Shown piece by piece: positions 46,333 through 57,863 of a stretch of DNA of 64,000 nucleotides. The notes under the pieces were generated by a model. That model ran no database searches and was not told where the DNA came from. It saw nothing but the letters and a program-made list of their open reading frames with translations. The translations under genes and the position numbers were made by a program. Numbering within the stretch: position 1 is the first letter of the stretch; each line of letters opens with the position of its first letter. The stretch lies in contig JAJNDI010000002.1 of assembly GCA_021156325.1 (NCBI GenBank), forward strand, positions 4,757 to 68,756, read 5' to 3'. The DNA is from Gammaproteobacteria bacterium (GTDB lineage Bacteria > Pseudomonadota > Gammaproteobacteria > JAJFKG01).

Positions 46333-47580
46333 ATGTCGTGGAATGAGCCAGGCGAACGTCAAAACAATGAAGATCGGGATCCGTGGAATCGCAAAGATCC
46401 TGCCGGTAATGGCCCCCCTGATCTTGATCAGGTTTTAAAAAACCTGATCCATCGTTTTAAAGGTCTCTTCGGGCGCAAAATAAGCGAGGACGGTTCAGGG
46501 TCGTCTAACGATCCGCAAGCAACGCTAGGGTTGTTAGGTTTAGCAGGCATTGGCATTTTGGTTTTATGGGCATTATCTGGAATTTTTGTAGTGGGAGCTG
46601 CTGAAAATGCCGTTATCCTGCGATTTGGGCGCTACATTGAGACCTTAAATCCCGGGATCCACTGGATCCCCCGTTTTATTGAATCGGCTTATAAAATTAA
46701 CACTCAGGAAATCTCCGAATTTCCTTATCAAGCAGAAATGCTGACCAAAGATGAAAATATTGTGGATGTGGCTTTGGTCGTGCAATACCGTGTGGGTGAG
46801 CCGCGCGATTTCTTATTAAAAGTGGATGACCCTCGTCAAAGTTTGCAAGAAGCGACGGCCAGTGCGCTTCGCCAGGTGATTGGCAGTCAGACGTTGGATG
46901 CAGTATTAACCTCAGGCCGTGCTCAAATCCGTGAAGGAGTATATAAACAGTTAAGCCAGCTCATGACGAGTTATCAAACGGGATTAAATGTAACCGACGT
47001 AACGTTGCAGCCGGCAAAACCACCGGAAGCAGTCACCAGCGCTTTTGATGATGCCATTAAAGCTCGTGAAGATGAACAACGCTTTATTAATAAAGCGCAA
47101 GCCTATGCCAATCGCGTAGAACCCATTGCACAAGGTCAAGCGCAGCGCTTATTGCAAGAAGCAACGGCGTATAAAAGCCAGGTCGTATTGGCTGCTAAAG
47201 GTAATATTGCAGGTTATGTGGCAATCTTGCCGGCTTATAGGCAGGCGCCTTCTGTGACACGGGAACGTTTATATCTCGATGCTATTCAATCTGTCCTGGA
47301 AAACAGCACTAAAATTTTGGTGGATACGAGCGGTACTAATAATATGTTATATCTCCCCCTTGATAAGATCATGCAAAACCAGCAAACGTCTGTGATCCCC
47401 AAGCGGTTAGTGAGCGAAGATGAAGCCAATTCCAACACATTATTTTCTCCAGTGGAACAAACAGGAGATCGATTAACAGTACCCGCTAATGGCAATAGCA
47501 ATACGTTGCGAGTCAAACGTCCTGAGCGGGGTCAGTTTGTTAATCCAGACAGCGATGCGGGTATGGGAGATCAATCATGA
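46333..47580 (+). CDS. hflK: FtsH protease modulator HflK
   Basis: SPFH/band-7 domain, N-terminal anchor and synteny. Confidence 0.9.
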   Translation: MSWNEPGERQNNEDRDPWNRKDPAGNGPPDLDQVLKNLIHRFKGLFGRKISEDGSGSSNDPQATLGLLGLAGIGILVLWALSGIFVVGAAENAVILRFGRYIETLNPGIHWIPRFIESAYKINTQEISEFPYQAEMLTKDENIVDVALVVQYRVGEPRDFLLKVDDPRQSLQEATASALRQVIGSQTLDAVLTSGRAQIREGVYKQLSQLMTSYQTGLNVTDVTLQPAKPPEAVTSAFDDAIKAREDEQRFINKAQAYANRVEPIAQGQAQRLLQEATAYKSQVVLAAKGNIAGYVAILPAYRQAPSVTRERLYLDAIQSVLENSTKILVDTSGTNNMLYLPLDKIMQNQQTSVIPKRLVSEDEANSNTLFSPVEQTGDRLTVPANGNSNTLRVKRPERGQFVNPDSDAGMGDQS

Positions 47581-48551
47581 GCTCAAATAAAATTATGCCA
47601 ATCATGATCGGTGTTATTGTATTATTATTTCTTTTATCAGGTACCTTGTTTACCGTTCGCCAAGATCAGCGTGCTATTGTTTTGCGTTTTGGCAAGATCG
47701 TTACCACATCAGGCCAAACTAAAGCGATTCCGCCAGAAGCTTCCAGTCTTGATGAAGATGCTTTTGACGCTAAAGTCTTTGCCGACGCGAAGGTTTACCA
47801 GCCGGGGCTGCATGTGAAAGTTCCCTTTCTTGAAAACGTCAAGCGATTCAGTGCGCGTTTGTTGACACTGGATGCAAAATCTTCACGTATTTTAACGGCT
47901 GAGCAAAAATATGTGATTGTAGATTATTACGCAAAATGGCGCATTGACAATATTCCGCTTTATTACACCCGTACAGGGGGTGATATGCAGCGCGCCAGTA
48001 ATTTAATCCAGCAAAAGATTAACGATAATTTACGAGCACAGTTTGGTTTGCATACTATTACCGAAGTGGTTTCTGCAGAGCGCAATGACATCATGTCAAC
48101 CTTGCAGCAAGAAGCGAGTAAAAGCGCTGCAACATTGGGCGTCACGGTGATTGACGTACGGGTAAAACGCATTGATTTGCCGCCGGCAGTCAGCGCATCA
48201 GTATTTCAACGGATGGCAACTGAGCGGGAGCAAGTCGCTTCCAAACACCGCGCTAATGGACAAGCAGCGGCAGAGAAAATCCGTGCCCAAGCAGATGGTA
48301 ATGTTCGCGTGCTTTTGGCAGAAGCCAAGGCAACTGCTGCCAAAATCCGTGCTGAAGGAGATGCGACTGCAACAAAGTTATATGCCGATGCTTATTCAGT
48401 TGATCCCGGTTTTTATGCTTTTTTACGGAGTTTGCAAGCCTATACCGCAAGCTTTAGTAGCAAGCAAGATATTGTGGTTTTAAATCCACGTAGTCAATTC
48501 TTTGATTATTTTAATAATGCCAGCGGCAAATACACAAATATAAGCCAGTAG
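47577..48551 (+). CDS. hflC: FtsH protease modulator HflC
   Basis: SPFH/band-7 domain. The gene overlaps the hflK stop. Confidence 0.9.
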   Translation: MSSNKIMPIMIGVIVLLFLLSGTLFTVRQDQRAIVLRFGKIVTTSGQTKAIPPEASSLDEDAFDAKVFADAKVYQPGLHVKVPFLENVKRFSARLLTLDAKSSRILTAEQKYVIVDYYAKWRIDNIPLYYTRTGGDMQRASNLIQQKINDNLRAQFGLHTITEVVSAERNDIMSTLQQEASKSAATLGVTVIDVRVKRIDLPPAVSASVFQRMATEREQVASKHRANGQAAAEKIRAQADGNVRVLLAEAKATAAKIRAEGDATATKLYADAYSVDPGFYAFLRSLQAYTASFSSKQDIVVLNPRSQFFDYFNNASGKYTNISQ

Positions 48552-48580
48552 CATCGTAAAGTGTGAGGAGACACAGCATA

Positions 48581-48784
48581 ATGAATATGTGGGATTTCTT
48601 TTGGTCGGTGATTGCCCTGATTTTAGTGATCGAGGGCTTCTTACCGGCATTGTCACCCAGCAGTTGGCGCAATTTCATGCGGTTATTGAGTTCGCAAAGC
48701 GATAAAACCTTACGTATTGCCGGATTATCGATGATGATCCTAGGCGCTTTACTCCTGGTAGCGGCACATCACTTAACAACCTGA
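48581..48784 (+). CDS. Small membrane protein, DUF2065 (YjeT-like)
   Basis: Two TM segments. It sits after hflC as E. coli yjeT does. SD GAGGAG precedes the ATG at 48581. Confidence 0.7.
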   Translation: MNMWDFFWSVIALILVIEGFLPALSPSSWRNFMRLLSSQSDKTLRIAGLSMMILGALLLVAAHHLTT

Positions 48785-48816
48785 TTTCATTTCGATAAAA
48801 AAAATTCAGCATTAAA

Positions 48817-48860
48817 TCCCCCTCTCCCACGCAAGCGGGAGAGGGCGCTGCGCAGACAGT
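48817..48860. repeat. REP/BIME-like palindromic element, locus 3
   Basis: A CCCTCTCCCACGCAAGCGGGAGAGGG imperfect hairpin plus a CGCTGCGCAG tail. Confidence 0.75.
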
Positions 48861-48865
48861 GATGA

Positions 48866-50218
<1,353 letters not shown>

Positions 50219-50287
50219 GGGTTCTCAGTGCCCGAAATTAAAAGGAACTTAGTAAATAGCTTCTTTGGTTTATGGGAAGATCGCTAA

Positions 50288-50374
50288 TGGTGCCGAGGAG
50301 AGGACTCGAACCTCCACAGGGTTTCCCCCACAAGTACCTGAAACTTGCGTGTCTACCAGTTTCACCACCTCGGC
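50288..50374 (-). tRNA. tRNA-Leu (anticodon CAG)
   Basis: The reverse complement reads GCCGAGGTGGTGAAACTGGTAGACACGCAAGTTTCAGGTACTTGTGGGGGAAACCCTGTGGAGGTTCGAGTCCTCTCCTCGGCACCA. It has a long variable arm. Confidence 0.95.
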
Positions 50375-50477
50375 GCTTGTGCCAGAATCTACCCAGACTA
50401 GCGCTGCTTGTCAACAAAGAGCATTCCTCGCTATACTTAAAACAAGCAAAACTATCAGGATCTCAAAAAACTTCCGT

Positions 50478-52820
50478 ATGAAACCTAAGAAACCTGCCAA
50501 ACACCGTGAAATGAGCCCAAAGAGTGATAAGTCTCCCAAGGCTCAGAAAAAATCCCCCTCTACAATAAAAAAGGGTAAAGAAGAAAAAGCCAAACGCGTG
50601 CAGAAAAGTACGAAAACAAAAAAAGCAGCTAAAAAGTCTGCGAAAAACTGGCTTGCGCAACATGATCCCTTTGCCAACAGAGAAGCTCAAAAATACGAGA
50701 GTCCCATTCCCTCTCGTGAACATATCCTCGATTATCTGCAGCAGCAAGATAAACCCATTGTCTTTAAACCTTTAGCCGCGGCGTTAAATTTAAATACGCC
50801 TGAGCAGCTGGATGCGCTATCACGCCGTTTACGTGCTATGGAGCGCGATGGGCAGCTTTTGCAAAACCGTAAAGGACAGTACTGTATTATTGATAAACTG
50901 GATTTGATTCGCGGGCGTGTGATTGGGCATCGCGATGGCTATGGTTTTTTCTCACCTGAGGAAGGTGGTGACGATCTCTTTCTCAATGCCAGGCAAATGC
51001 AGCAAGTCTTGCATAATGATGAAGTCCTGGTTCGTGCTTCACGAATGAATCAGCGCGGCCGTCAGGAAGCGACTATCGTAGAAGTGTTAAGCCATAATAC
51101 GCAGTCAGTAGTAGGCCGCTATTATGAAGAAGGCGGCGTGGGTTTTGTGGAACCAAGTCATCAGCAAATTACACAAGATGTGATGATTGCTCAAAGCAGT
51201 GTTTTAAAACCAGCGCCTGGACAGATCGTGGTAGCGAAAATAATCAAACAACCTACCTTTCGCCATCAGCCTTTAGGTGAAATCACTGAAATTTTAAAAC
51301 GGGATTTAGCAGTTGATTTGACGATCGATGTTGCTATCCGAAGTTATCATTTGCCTTTTGAATGGGAAGCAGCAGCTTTAGAAGAAGCGCAACATTTAGG
51401 AGAAGAAGTTGCTGAACGAGATAAAACATCGCGTGAAGATCTGCGTCATTTACCGCTGGTGACTATCGATGGAATCGATGCGAAGGATTTTGATGATGCG
51501 GTTTATTGCGAACCTCTTCCTAAAGGCGGCTGGCGTTTGATAGTCGCAATTGCTGATGTGAGTTTTTATGTTAAACCCGACAGCGCACTGGATAAAGAAG
51601 CTCAATTGCGCGGTAATTCTGTGTATTTTCCAAGACGGGTTTTACCAATGCTGCCTGAGTCTTTGTCTAATGGCTTGTGTTCTTTAAAATCCAACGTAGA
51701 CAGGCTTTGTTTAGTGTGTGATATGACTATCACCGCGCAGGGGAAATTAACGCAATCGCGTTTTTATCATGGTATTATGCAATCTCAAGCACGATTTACG
51801 TATGAAGAAGTCACAGCGTTATTGAACAACGAACGCAGCGCTCATACCAAACGTTATGCTGCTCTCTTGCCTCATTTAAATCATTTGCACAGTTTATATT
51901 TAGCCTTGTTATCAAGTCGTAATAAAAGAGGCGCTATTGATTTTCATTTTGTAGAATCCTATTTTGAGTTTGATGAAAAAGGTCAGATTGCTGCCATTAA
52001 ACCGCGCGAACGGACGGTAGCGCATCGTATTATTGAAGAATGTATGTTAGCGGCTAATGTATCCACAGCCCGTTTTCTCATCGAGCATGAAATACCGGCT
52101 TTGTTTCGGATCCACCCTGCGCCCGGTGAGGATAAATTGACGCAGCTTCGGGATTTTCTAAAACCATTAGGTCTCGATTTAAAAGGGGGATCCAAGCCAG
52201 AGCCGCTGCATTACGCCAAACTATTAGAGACCGTGATGACAAGAACTGATGCAGCTTTGATTCAAATGGTGATTTTGCGATCGCTCAGCCAAGCTGTTTA
52301 CGGTGCTGAAAACCAGGGACATTTTGCGTTGTCGTATGAAGCCTATGGACATTTTACCTCGCCCATTCGGCGTTATCCTGATCTGATTGTGCATCGTGCT
52401 ATTTCTCATCTTGTTTCCCAATCCAAATCTAAAAAGCAAACTTTTTCTTATACTCCTGCAATGATGTCGCGTTTGGGTGAACACTGTTCGATGACAGAGC
52501 GCCGTGCTGATGAAGCCACTCGCAGCGTAGGGGATTGGCTTAAATGTGAATTTATGCGCGATAAAGTGGGGAATGTTTATTCAGGTATGGTAACCAGTGT
52601 GACGGGTTTTGGATTATTCGTACAGCTCGATGAAATTTTTATCGATGGGCTTGTACACATTACTGCATTACCTGAAGATTATTATCAGTTTGATCCTGTT
52701 CAGCATTGTTTGATTGGCAGACGCTTTCAAAAACGGTATTGTTTAGGCGATAAATTAAAAGTGAGTGTTTCGCGGGTTAATGTAGATGCCAAACAAATTG
52801 ATCTGGACATTGTAGAATGA
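50478..52820 (+). CDS. rnr: Ribonuclease R with a lysine-rich N-terminal extension
   Basis: Cold-shock, RNB and S1 domains are recognisable. The start was set at MKPKKPAKH, because the longer listed ORF runs antisense through tRNA-Leu. Confidence 0.88.
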   Translation: MKPKKPAKHREMSPKSDKSPKAQKKSPSTIKKGKEEKAKRVQKSTKTKKAAKKSAKNWLAQHDPFANREAQKYESPIPSREHILDYLQQQDKPIVFKPLAAALNLNTPEQLDALSRRLRAMERDGQLLQNRKGQYCIIDKLDLIRGRVIGHRDGYGFFSPEEGGDDLFLNARQMQQVLHNDEVLVRASRMNQRGRQEATIVEVLSHNTQSVVGRYYEEGGVGFVEPSHQQITQDVMIAQSSVLKPAPGQIVVAKIIKQPTFRHQPLGEITEILKRDLAVDLTIDVAIRSYHLPFEWEAAALEEAQHLGEEVAERDKTSREDLRHLPLVTIDGIDAKDFDDAVYCEPLPKGGWRLIVAIADVSFYVKPDSALDKEAQLRGNSVYFPRRVLPMLPESLSNGLCSLKSNVDRLCLVCDMTITAQGKLTQSRFYHGIMQSQARFTYEEVTALLNNERSAHTKRYAALLPHLNHLHSLYLALLSSRNKRGAIDFHFVESYFEFDEKGQIAAIKPRERTVAHRIIEECMLAANVSTARFLIEHEIPALFRIHPAPGEDKLTQLRDFLKPLGLDLKGGSKPEPLHYAKLLETVMTRTDAALIQMVILRSLSQAVYGAENQGHFALSYEAYGHFTSPIRRYPDLIVHRAISHLVSQSKSKKQTFSYTPAMMSRLGEHCSMTERRADEATRSVGDWLKCEFMRDKVGNVYSGMVTSVTGFGLFVQLDEIFIDGLVHITALPEDYYQFDPVQHCLIGRRFQKRYCLGDKLKVSVSRVNVDAKQIDLDIVE

Positions 52821-53569
52821 GTGCAAGAAATCGTTATATTTATGGAATTCATGCAGCGCAGGCTGTGTGTTCATCGCGCCCTTCCGATATTCAGTGTATC
52901 TACACTTTGCATGGCCGAAATGATACTTCTTTGCAAGCTATTACTGAATTAGCAGCAAGACACCATATTCCTCTTAAGCGTCTTGATAGACAAGCTTTAA
53001 CAGATTTGATTGGAGATCAACACCATCAAGGGGTTATTATTGAATGTAAGCCCAATCCTTCTTTTAGTTTGCCCAATGATGAAAAAGCTTTATTTTCTTA
53101 TCTTGAAACGTTAACAAAACCGCCATTTTTATTAATCTTAGACGGCGTACAAGACCCCCACAATCTGGGAGCTTGTTTGCGTACGGCAGATGCGGCAGGG
53201 GTGAATGCGGTGATTGCGCCTAAAGATAAAGCAGCATCCATAACACCGATTGTGCGCAAAATTGCTTGCGGAGCGACAGAATCAGTTCCTTTTGTATCGG
53301 TAGTGAATTTGGCAAGGACAATGGCGCAGTTAAAAGAAAAAGGTGTTTGGATTTACGGGGCTTGCGCGCAAGCCGATAAGTCGTTATATGCTTTGAATTT
53401 TAAAGGGGCTGTGGCGCTTGTTTTGGGTGCTGAAGGTACCGGATTACGGGATTTAACGCGCAAACACTGCGATGCCTTTTTTAAGATCCCTATGCACGGC
53501 CAGGTTGAAAGCCTCAATGTTTCTGTTGCTGCCGGTGTGTGTCTCTTTGAGGCATTACGGCAGCGCTAA
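52817..53569 (+). CDS. rlmB: 23S rRNA (guanosine2251-2'-O)-methyltransferase
   Basis: SpoU/TrmH motifs (LDGVQDPHNLGACLRTA, LGAEGTGL). It lies downstream of rnr as in E. coli. Confidence 0.9.
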   Translation: MSARNRYIYGIHAAQAVCSSRPSDIQCIYTLHGRNDTSLQAITELAARHHIPLKRLDRQALTDLIGDQHHQGVIIECKPNPSFSLPNDEKALFSYLETLTKPPFLLILDGVQDPHNLGACLRTADAAGVNAVIAPKDKAASITPIVRKIACGATESVPFVSVVNLARTMAQLKEKGVWIYGACAQADKSLYALNFKGAVALVLGAEGTGLRDLTRKHCDAFFKIPMHGQVESLNVSVAAGVCLFEALRQR

Positions 53570-54763
53570 GGCTGCTTTATCCACGATCATTTTTGCCAGG
53601 GCAAAAGCACTGGTAAATGCCGGTGAAATGGCATTGAGTATATGCAATGAATTTTCTGTCTGTTCCAGAATGAAATCTAGTTCAAGCTGGTGATTTTTGG
53701 TATTGACCAGTTGAGCTCTGATCCCGGTCTTGGGTGAAGGTTCCATATCCTCTTTGCAAAGAGTAGGCACTAGTTTGCGCGCAGATTGCATAAAATGAAA
53801 GGCGTGATATTTTTTAAATTCTCTGTGGACTACATTACGGAAATGATGTGTATTTTGCCAATACAGTTGAAAAAGTTGATAACTAATTGATAAAGATTCC
53901 CGAAAATGTATACCCTGAAAGCGTCGATAATTTTCTCGCCCGAATACTGGAATTGCTGTAGGACCTATATAAACCTGACTATCGATTGTGCGGGTAAAAT
54001 GTACACCCAGGAACGGCATATTCAGATCCGGAACAGGATAAATATTTGCATTGACTTTATGTTGAGCAGAGGGTTTTAATTTCCAATATAGCCCTTTGAA
54101 AGGCAGCAATTGGTATTGTTCAGCCAAGCCAAATAATTTGGCAACGGTATCGGCATGAGCGCCTGCACAATTGAAAAAATAAGCACAATCAATATAGCCT
54201 TGTGTTGTCAATAACCTATTATATTTGTTTAGTTTTATGACAGCGCAATTAAATAAAAAAGTAACGCCTTGTTTTTCAAGCTGAGATTGCAATTTGATTA
54301 ATACTTGTTTTGGATCGATAACAGCGGTTGTAGGACAGAAAATAGCGCCTGTACCTTTTGCTGCATAAGGTTCCTTCTCTTGTAATTCTTTTTCATCCAG
54401 CTGTTGAACCGGGATCTGGTTTGAAAGAGCGTTATCATATAATTTTTGAAGCGTAAGCCGTTCAGTTTCATCTGTTGCCACGATCACTTTGCCTTGTTCT
54501 TTGACGGAGATGCCGCTTTGTTTGGCAAAATCAATCATGTGTTGTCTGCCGGCAGCACAGGCTTTGGCTTTTAGAGAATCTTTAGCGTAGTAAATACCGC
54601 AATGCATCACGCCGCTGTTACGGCCGCTTGCATGAATACCGGCCTGATTTTCTTTTTCGAGGATGACAATAGACAAGGCGGGATACCGTTTGATGAGTTC
54701 TGCACCAATCGTTAAACCAATAATGCCAGCGCCAATAATGCCAATGTCGAAAGTGTTGTTCAT
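53555..54763 (-). CDS. lhgO: FAD-dependent L-2-hydroxyglutarate oxidase-like dehydrogenase
   Basis: GIIGAGIIGL dinucleotide fold and collinearity with LhgO (PFLGVHFTR, NAISPAFTSA). Confidence 0.75.
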   Translation of the reverse strand: MNNTFDIGIIGAGIIGLTIGAELIKRYPALSIVILEKENQAGIHASGRNSGVMHCGIYYAKDSLKAKACAAGRQHMIDFAKQSGISVKEQGKVIVATDETERLTLQKLYDNALSNQIPVQQLDEKELQEKEPYAAKGTGAIFCPTTAVIDPKQVLIKLQSQLEKQGVTFLFNCAVIKLNKYNRLLTTQGYIDCAYFFNCAGAHADTVAKLFGLAEQYQLLPFKGLYWKLKPSAQHKVNANIYPVPDLNMPFLGVHFTRTIDSQVYIGPTAIPVFGRENYRRFQGIHFRESLSISYQLFQLYWQNTHHFRNVVHREFKKYHAFHFMQSARKLVPTLCKEDMEPSPKTGIRAQLVNTKNHQLELDFILEQTENSLHILNAISPAFTSAFALAKMIVDKAALALP

Positions 54764-54793
54764 ATTGCAGCGTTCCTTTGCAAAGAGCCCAGT

Positions 54794-55159
54794 TTATACT
54801 TTAACAATAAGAGATCGCCCCGCACTTAATGTTTTGGTGATATGTCCCGCTCCCCGGGTGTCATTGGCCAGTAAAATATCACCTGCTGTAAAACGTCGTG
54901 TTTCACCGCCGCTCGTTTTTACTTCTACTTCACCCTCCAGGTAAATGATGTACTGCGCTTGCGGCGCCGTATGCCAATCGAAAAAAGCATTGGCATTAAA
55001 TTGTCTAAATACAATTCCGGTAGCGGGACAGGGATCCGAGTAAGCACCTAATGGATGAGGAATAGGGGTATTAATAAGCAAATTTCTAAAATAGGTTTTA
55101 TCATCATCTCCCGTATACATTTCAACGATATGCCATAATTTATCTTGCTGTGTGATCAT
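54794..55159 (-). CDS. Cupin-domain protein
   Basis: A small beta-barrel pattern (HTAPQAQYIIYLEGEVEV...GDILLANDTRGAGH). Confidence 0.6.
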   Translation of the reverse strand: MITQQDKLWHIVEMYTGDDDKTYFRNLLINTPIPHPLGAYSDPCPATGIVFRQFNANAFFDWHTAPQAQYIIYLEGEVEVKTSGGETRRFTAGDILLANDTRGAGHITKTLSAGRSLIVKV

Positions 55160-55241
55160 CAGTTGTCTCTAAATCAAGCCAATTTAATTTGCTCTGCATT
55201 TAGAGACTATTCTACTTTAAGGTGCGATGGATTTCTCTCAA

Positions 55242-55394
55242 CGCTGCGCGGCGCCCTCTCCCGGCCGCTGTAGCTCTTGCTACAGCAGCCTCCCCTCTCC
55301 CGCGAAGCGGGAGAGGAAGAAAAAATCCCCTCCTCTCCCACGACAGTGGGAGGAGGGCCGCCCGTAGGGCGGGGAGAGGGTGCTGCGCAGCAGT
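55242..55394. repeat. REP/BIME-like composite element, locus 4 (two units in inverted orientation)
   Basis: Hairpins are at 55267-55286, 55292-55316 (GCGAAGC loop), 55327-55357 and 55358-55372. The outer arms CGCTGCGCGGCGCCCTCTCC and GGAGAGGGTGCTGCGCAGCAG are near-complementary. Confidence 0.8.
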
Positions 55395-55640
55395 ATGAAA
55401 AGAGGCGGGTAAATATAAGGTCAAAAAAAGCACAAACCCTTGTCCTAAACCAGTCCGATTCTAAAAAATTGAGGGTATTTTTAAGCCTTAGTTGTTGAAA
55501 GTTTTAATTTTTGTAGTGATTAATAACAACTTAATTAATATTAACTGTACATTGATCTCGCTTTTTCGTACAATCCCCCCTCAACTTAATCCTTGTTCCA
55601 CCACTTGTTGGGGAACTTTTAACCAAAAGGAGTCTTTACA

Positions 55641-56099
55641 ATGCGACATTATGAAATTGTTATCATGGTTCATCCCGACCAAAGCGAACAAGTGCCTGGC
55701 ATGGTCAAACGTTACGCTGATATGGTGGAAGCAACCCAAGGCCGTGTACATCGCCAGGAAGATTGGGGACGCCGCCAATTGGCTTATCCTATCAATAAAG
55801 TGTACAAAGCCCATTATATTTTATTGAATGTTGAATGTAATCAACCAACCCTGGAAGAAATGACAACCGCATTTCGCTTCAATGATGCGATTATTCGCCA
55901 TTTGGTGGTGAAATGTGATGAAGCGATTACTGCTCCTTCACCGATGATGAAAGAAAAAGAAGACGAAACACGCCCACGCCGCAGCCACTCAGGCCACGGC
56001 CGTGGTGAAAGACAAGGTCGTCCTGAGCATTTTGATTCGGAGTCCCCTGCAGATGAATCTTTTGTAAATGAAGCTGCTACCGATAGCAACCAGGATTAA
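55641..56099 (+). CDS. rpsF: 30S ribosomal protein S6 (with an extended acidic/basic C-terminal tail)
   Basis: [18 protein letters not shown] canonical S6 start. Confidence 0.95.
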   Translation: MRHYEIVIMVHPDQSEQVPGMVKRYADMVEATQGRVHRQEDWGRRQLAYPINKVYKAHYILLNVECNQPTLEEMTTAFRFNDAIIRHLVVKCDEAITAPSPMMKEKEDETRPRRSHSGHGRGERQGRPEHFDSESPADESFVNEAATDSNQD

Positions 56100-56196
56100 T
56101 TTACTCAACATCTTTCCCTTCGGGCGTTACCCGATTAGCCTCTTTTTAAAGGGGGTGAAAGACCAGGTGAAATCAAGTTTATAGGAGAAAATTAGC

Positions 56197-56424
56197 ATGA
56201 GTGTTTCTTATTATCGCCGTAAAAAGTTTTGTCGTTTTACCGCAGATGGTGTCGATAATATCGATTACAAAGATACCAACACGTTGAAATCATTTATCAG
56301 TGAATCGGGCAAGATCGTTCCAAGCCGCATTACGGGTACACGAGCGAATTATCAACGCATGTTAGCCCAGGCGATCAAAAAAGCGCGCTTTTTGGCATTA
56401 TTACCCTACAGTGATCGCCAATAA
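56197..56424 (+). CDS. rpsR: 30S ribosomal protein S18
   Basis: RRKKFCRFT...IDYKD...LKSFISE.GKI.PSRITGT pattern. Confidence 0.95.
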   Translation: MSVSYYRRKKFCRFTADGVDNIDYKDTNTLKSFISESGKIVPSRITGTRANYQRMLAQAIKKARFLALLPYSDRQ

Positions 56425-56441
56425 CCCATAGCGGTTTTGCT

Positions 56442-57392
56442 ATGATGCGAGCATTTGGGCAATACATACTAAAAAAGCCAATCAATGGGTTGTGGATTAT
56501 CGTTGCCAGTACCTTGATACCCTTGATGGGTTGGCTAGCATCGGTTGTTTTAGGGTTAGTCACCCTGTGTAAAACACCGAAAGAAAGTGCAGTAGCGCTA
56601 TTGGTATTGATTTTAGTTAATGTGGCTTACAGTTACGTTGTATACCGTGATGGCGATGTTTTGGCGGCAATCTTGTCTCTTTTTAGTTCTGCTTTTGCCG
56701 GCGGACTTTTTGTATGGGCAATGGGATTGTTATTACGGCGTAAAGCGGGTTGGACGGTGATCTTGATTGCTACTTTAGTGGTAGGATTGCCTCTCTTGTT
56801 TTTGCTGCGATGGTTTGCAGACGAGATAGGGCTTTTAATAATCGTTTGGTTAGAGAAAAGTTTGATGCAAGTCTCAGAATTTACTCAGGCGATCTCGCCT
56901 TTTGGTACAGGAGTAGATGTTGCAAAAATCGGTATACGGTTTTACCAACAGTTTTTCACGCCGGAATTAGCGAATTATTTTACAGGCAGTATGATTGTCG
57001 TTGTATTATATGTTGCCGGTATTGGTCAATTGCTTGTGGCACGATGGTGGCAGTCTCGGGTTTTCCCCCAGTCTGTTTCGCTGGCTAAGGAATTGTTAAG
57101 CATCAGATTGCCTGTTGCATTGATGTTTATTTTTTTGTTGTGTGCAGCATTATTCTTTTGGTTTCGATCGGCATCTTTATTTGGTATCGTGCCGATAGTG
57201 CTCACTGTCTGGTTGATAGCGAGCTTGAGTTTGATACACGGTTTTTTTTATCGGCGTAAAGCAGGGTGGGTATTCATCATTCTGATTTACCTTGGATTAA
57301 CGGCGTTAAGCAAGGCTATGCTGCCAGGATTATTGTTAATAGCCTGCGTTGATAGCGTAGTTGATTTTCGTCATCGGTTTTCACGAGTTTAA
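56442..57392 (+). CDS. Polytopic membrane protein between rpsR and rplI
   Basis: It has 8 or more hydrophobic segments. By position it resembles the DUF2232-type membrane gene found next to rplI in other bacteria. No catalytic motif was recognised. Confidence 0.55.
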   Translation: MMRAFGQYILKKPINGLWIIVASTLIPLMGWLASVVLGLVTLCKTPKESAVALLVLILVNVAYSYVVYRDGDVLAAILSLFSSAFAGGLFVWAMGLLLRRKAGWTVILIATLVVGLPLLFLLRWFADEIGLLIIVWLEKSLMQVSEFTQAISPFGTGVDVAKIGIRFYQQFFTPELANYFTGSMIVVVLYVAGIGQLLVARWWQSRVFPQSVSLAKELLSIRLPVALMFIFLLCAALFFWFRSASLFGIVPIVLTVWLIASLSLIHGFFYRRKAGWVFIILIYLGLTALSKAMLPGLLLIACVDSVVDFRHRFSRV

Positions 57393-57412
57393 ATGAAGAG
57401 GGGTAAAGAGCA

Positions 57413-57859
57413 ATGAAGGTTATTTTATTAGAAGACATTACCAATGTAGGTAAATTAGGCGATAATATTGCCGTTAAAGCCGGTTTTGCACGCAATTATT
57501 TATTGCCGCAAGGTAAAGCTGTAACAGCAACAACGGATAATATCGCAGTATTTGAAAAACGCCGCGCCGAGCTTGAAAAAACAGCTGCGTTAAAACTAGC
57601 AGATGCAAAAAAACGGGCAGAAGCATTGACCGATTTAACGATTACTATCGCTGCTCATGCCAGTGAGGAAGGTAAATTATATGGTTCATTAGGGCCGCGC
57701 GAAGTGGCAGAAGAGATTTCAAAAACAGGCGCGCCGGTTGAAAAAAGCGAAGTACAAATGCCATCGCCTATTCGTACCGTAGGTGAACATACGGTCATCG
57801 TTTATTTGCATAACGAAGTTACCATTGAAGTCAAGGTGATAGTCACAGCAGAGGAATAA
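57413..57859 (+). CDS. rplI: 50S ribosomal protein L9
   Basis: MKVILLEDI.NVGK.GD...VK.GFARNYL.PQGKA. Confidence 0.95.
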   Translation: MKVILLEDITNVGKLGDNIAVKAGFARNYLLPQGKAVTATTDNIAVFEKRRAELEKTAALKLADAKKRAEALTDLTITIAAHASEEGKLYGSLGPREVAEEISKTGAPVEKSEVQMPSPIRTVGEHTVIVYLHNEVTIEVKVIVTAEE

Positions 57860-57863
57860 GGAC

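Noticed and set aside
50265-50477. N-terminal 71 codons of the listed 851-aa rnr ORF
   Set aside because: This part of the frame is the antisense of tRNA-Leu(CAG) at 50288-50374. The rnr start was moved to the ATG at 50478.
55212-55498. Two overlapping 73-aa ORFs on opposite strands, plus similar ORFs at 60410-60610, 17829-18011 and 48787-48981
   Set aside because: They are read straight through the GC-rich REP/BIME-like palindromes (peptides rich in P/L/S/R/G/E). They are artefacts of the repeats, not genes.
55595-55616. Hairpin GUUCC...GGAAC upstream of rpsF as the S6:S18-binding autoregulatory leader
   Set aside because: Only a short 5-bp stem is visible. I cannot verify the conserved leader motif by eye, so it was not called.
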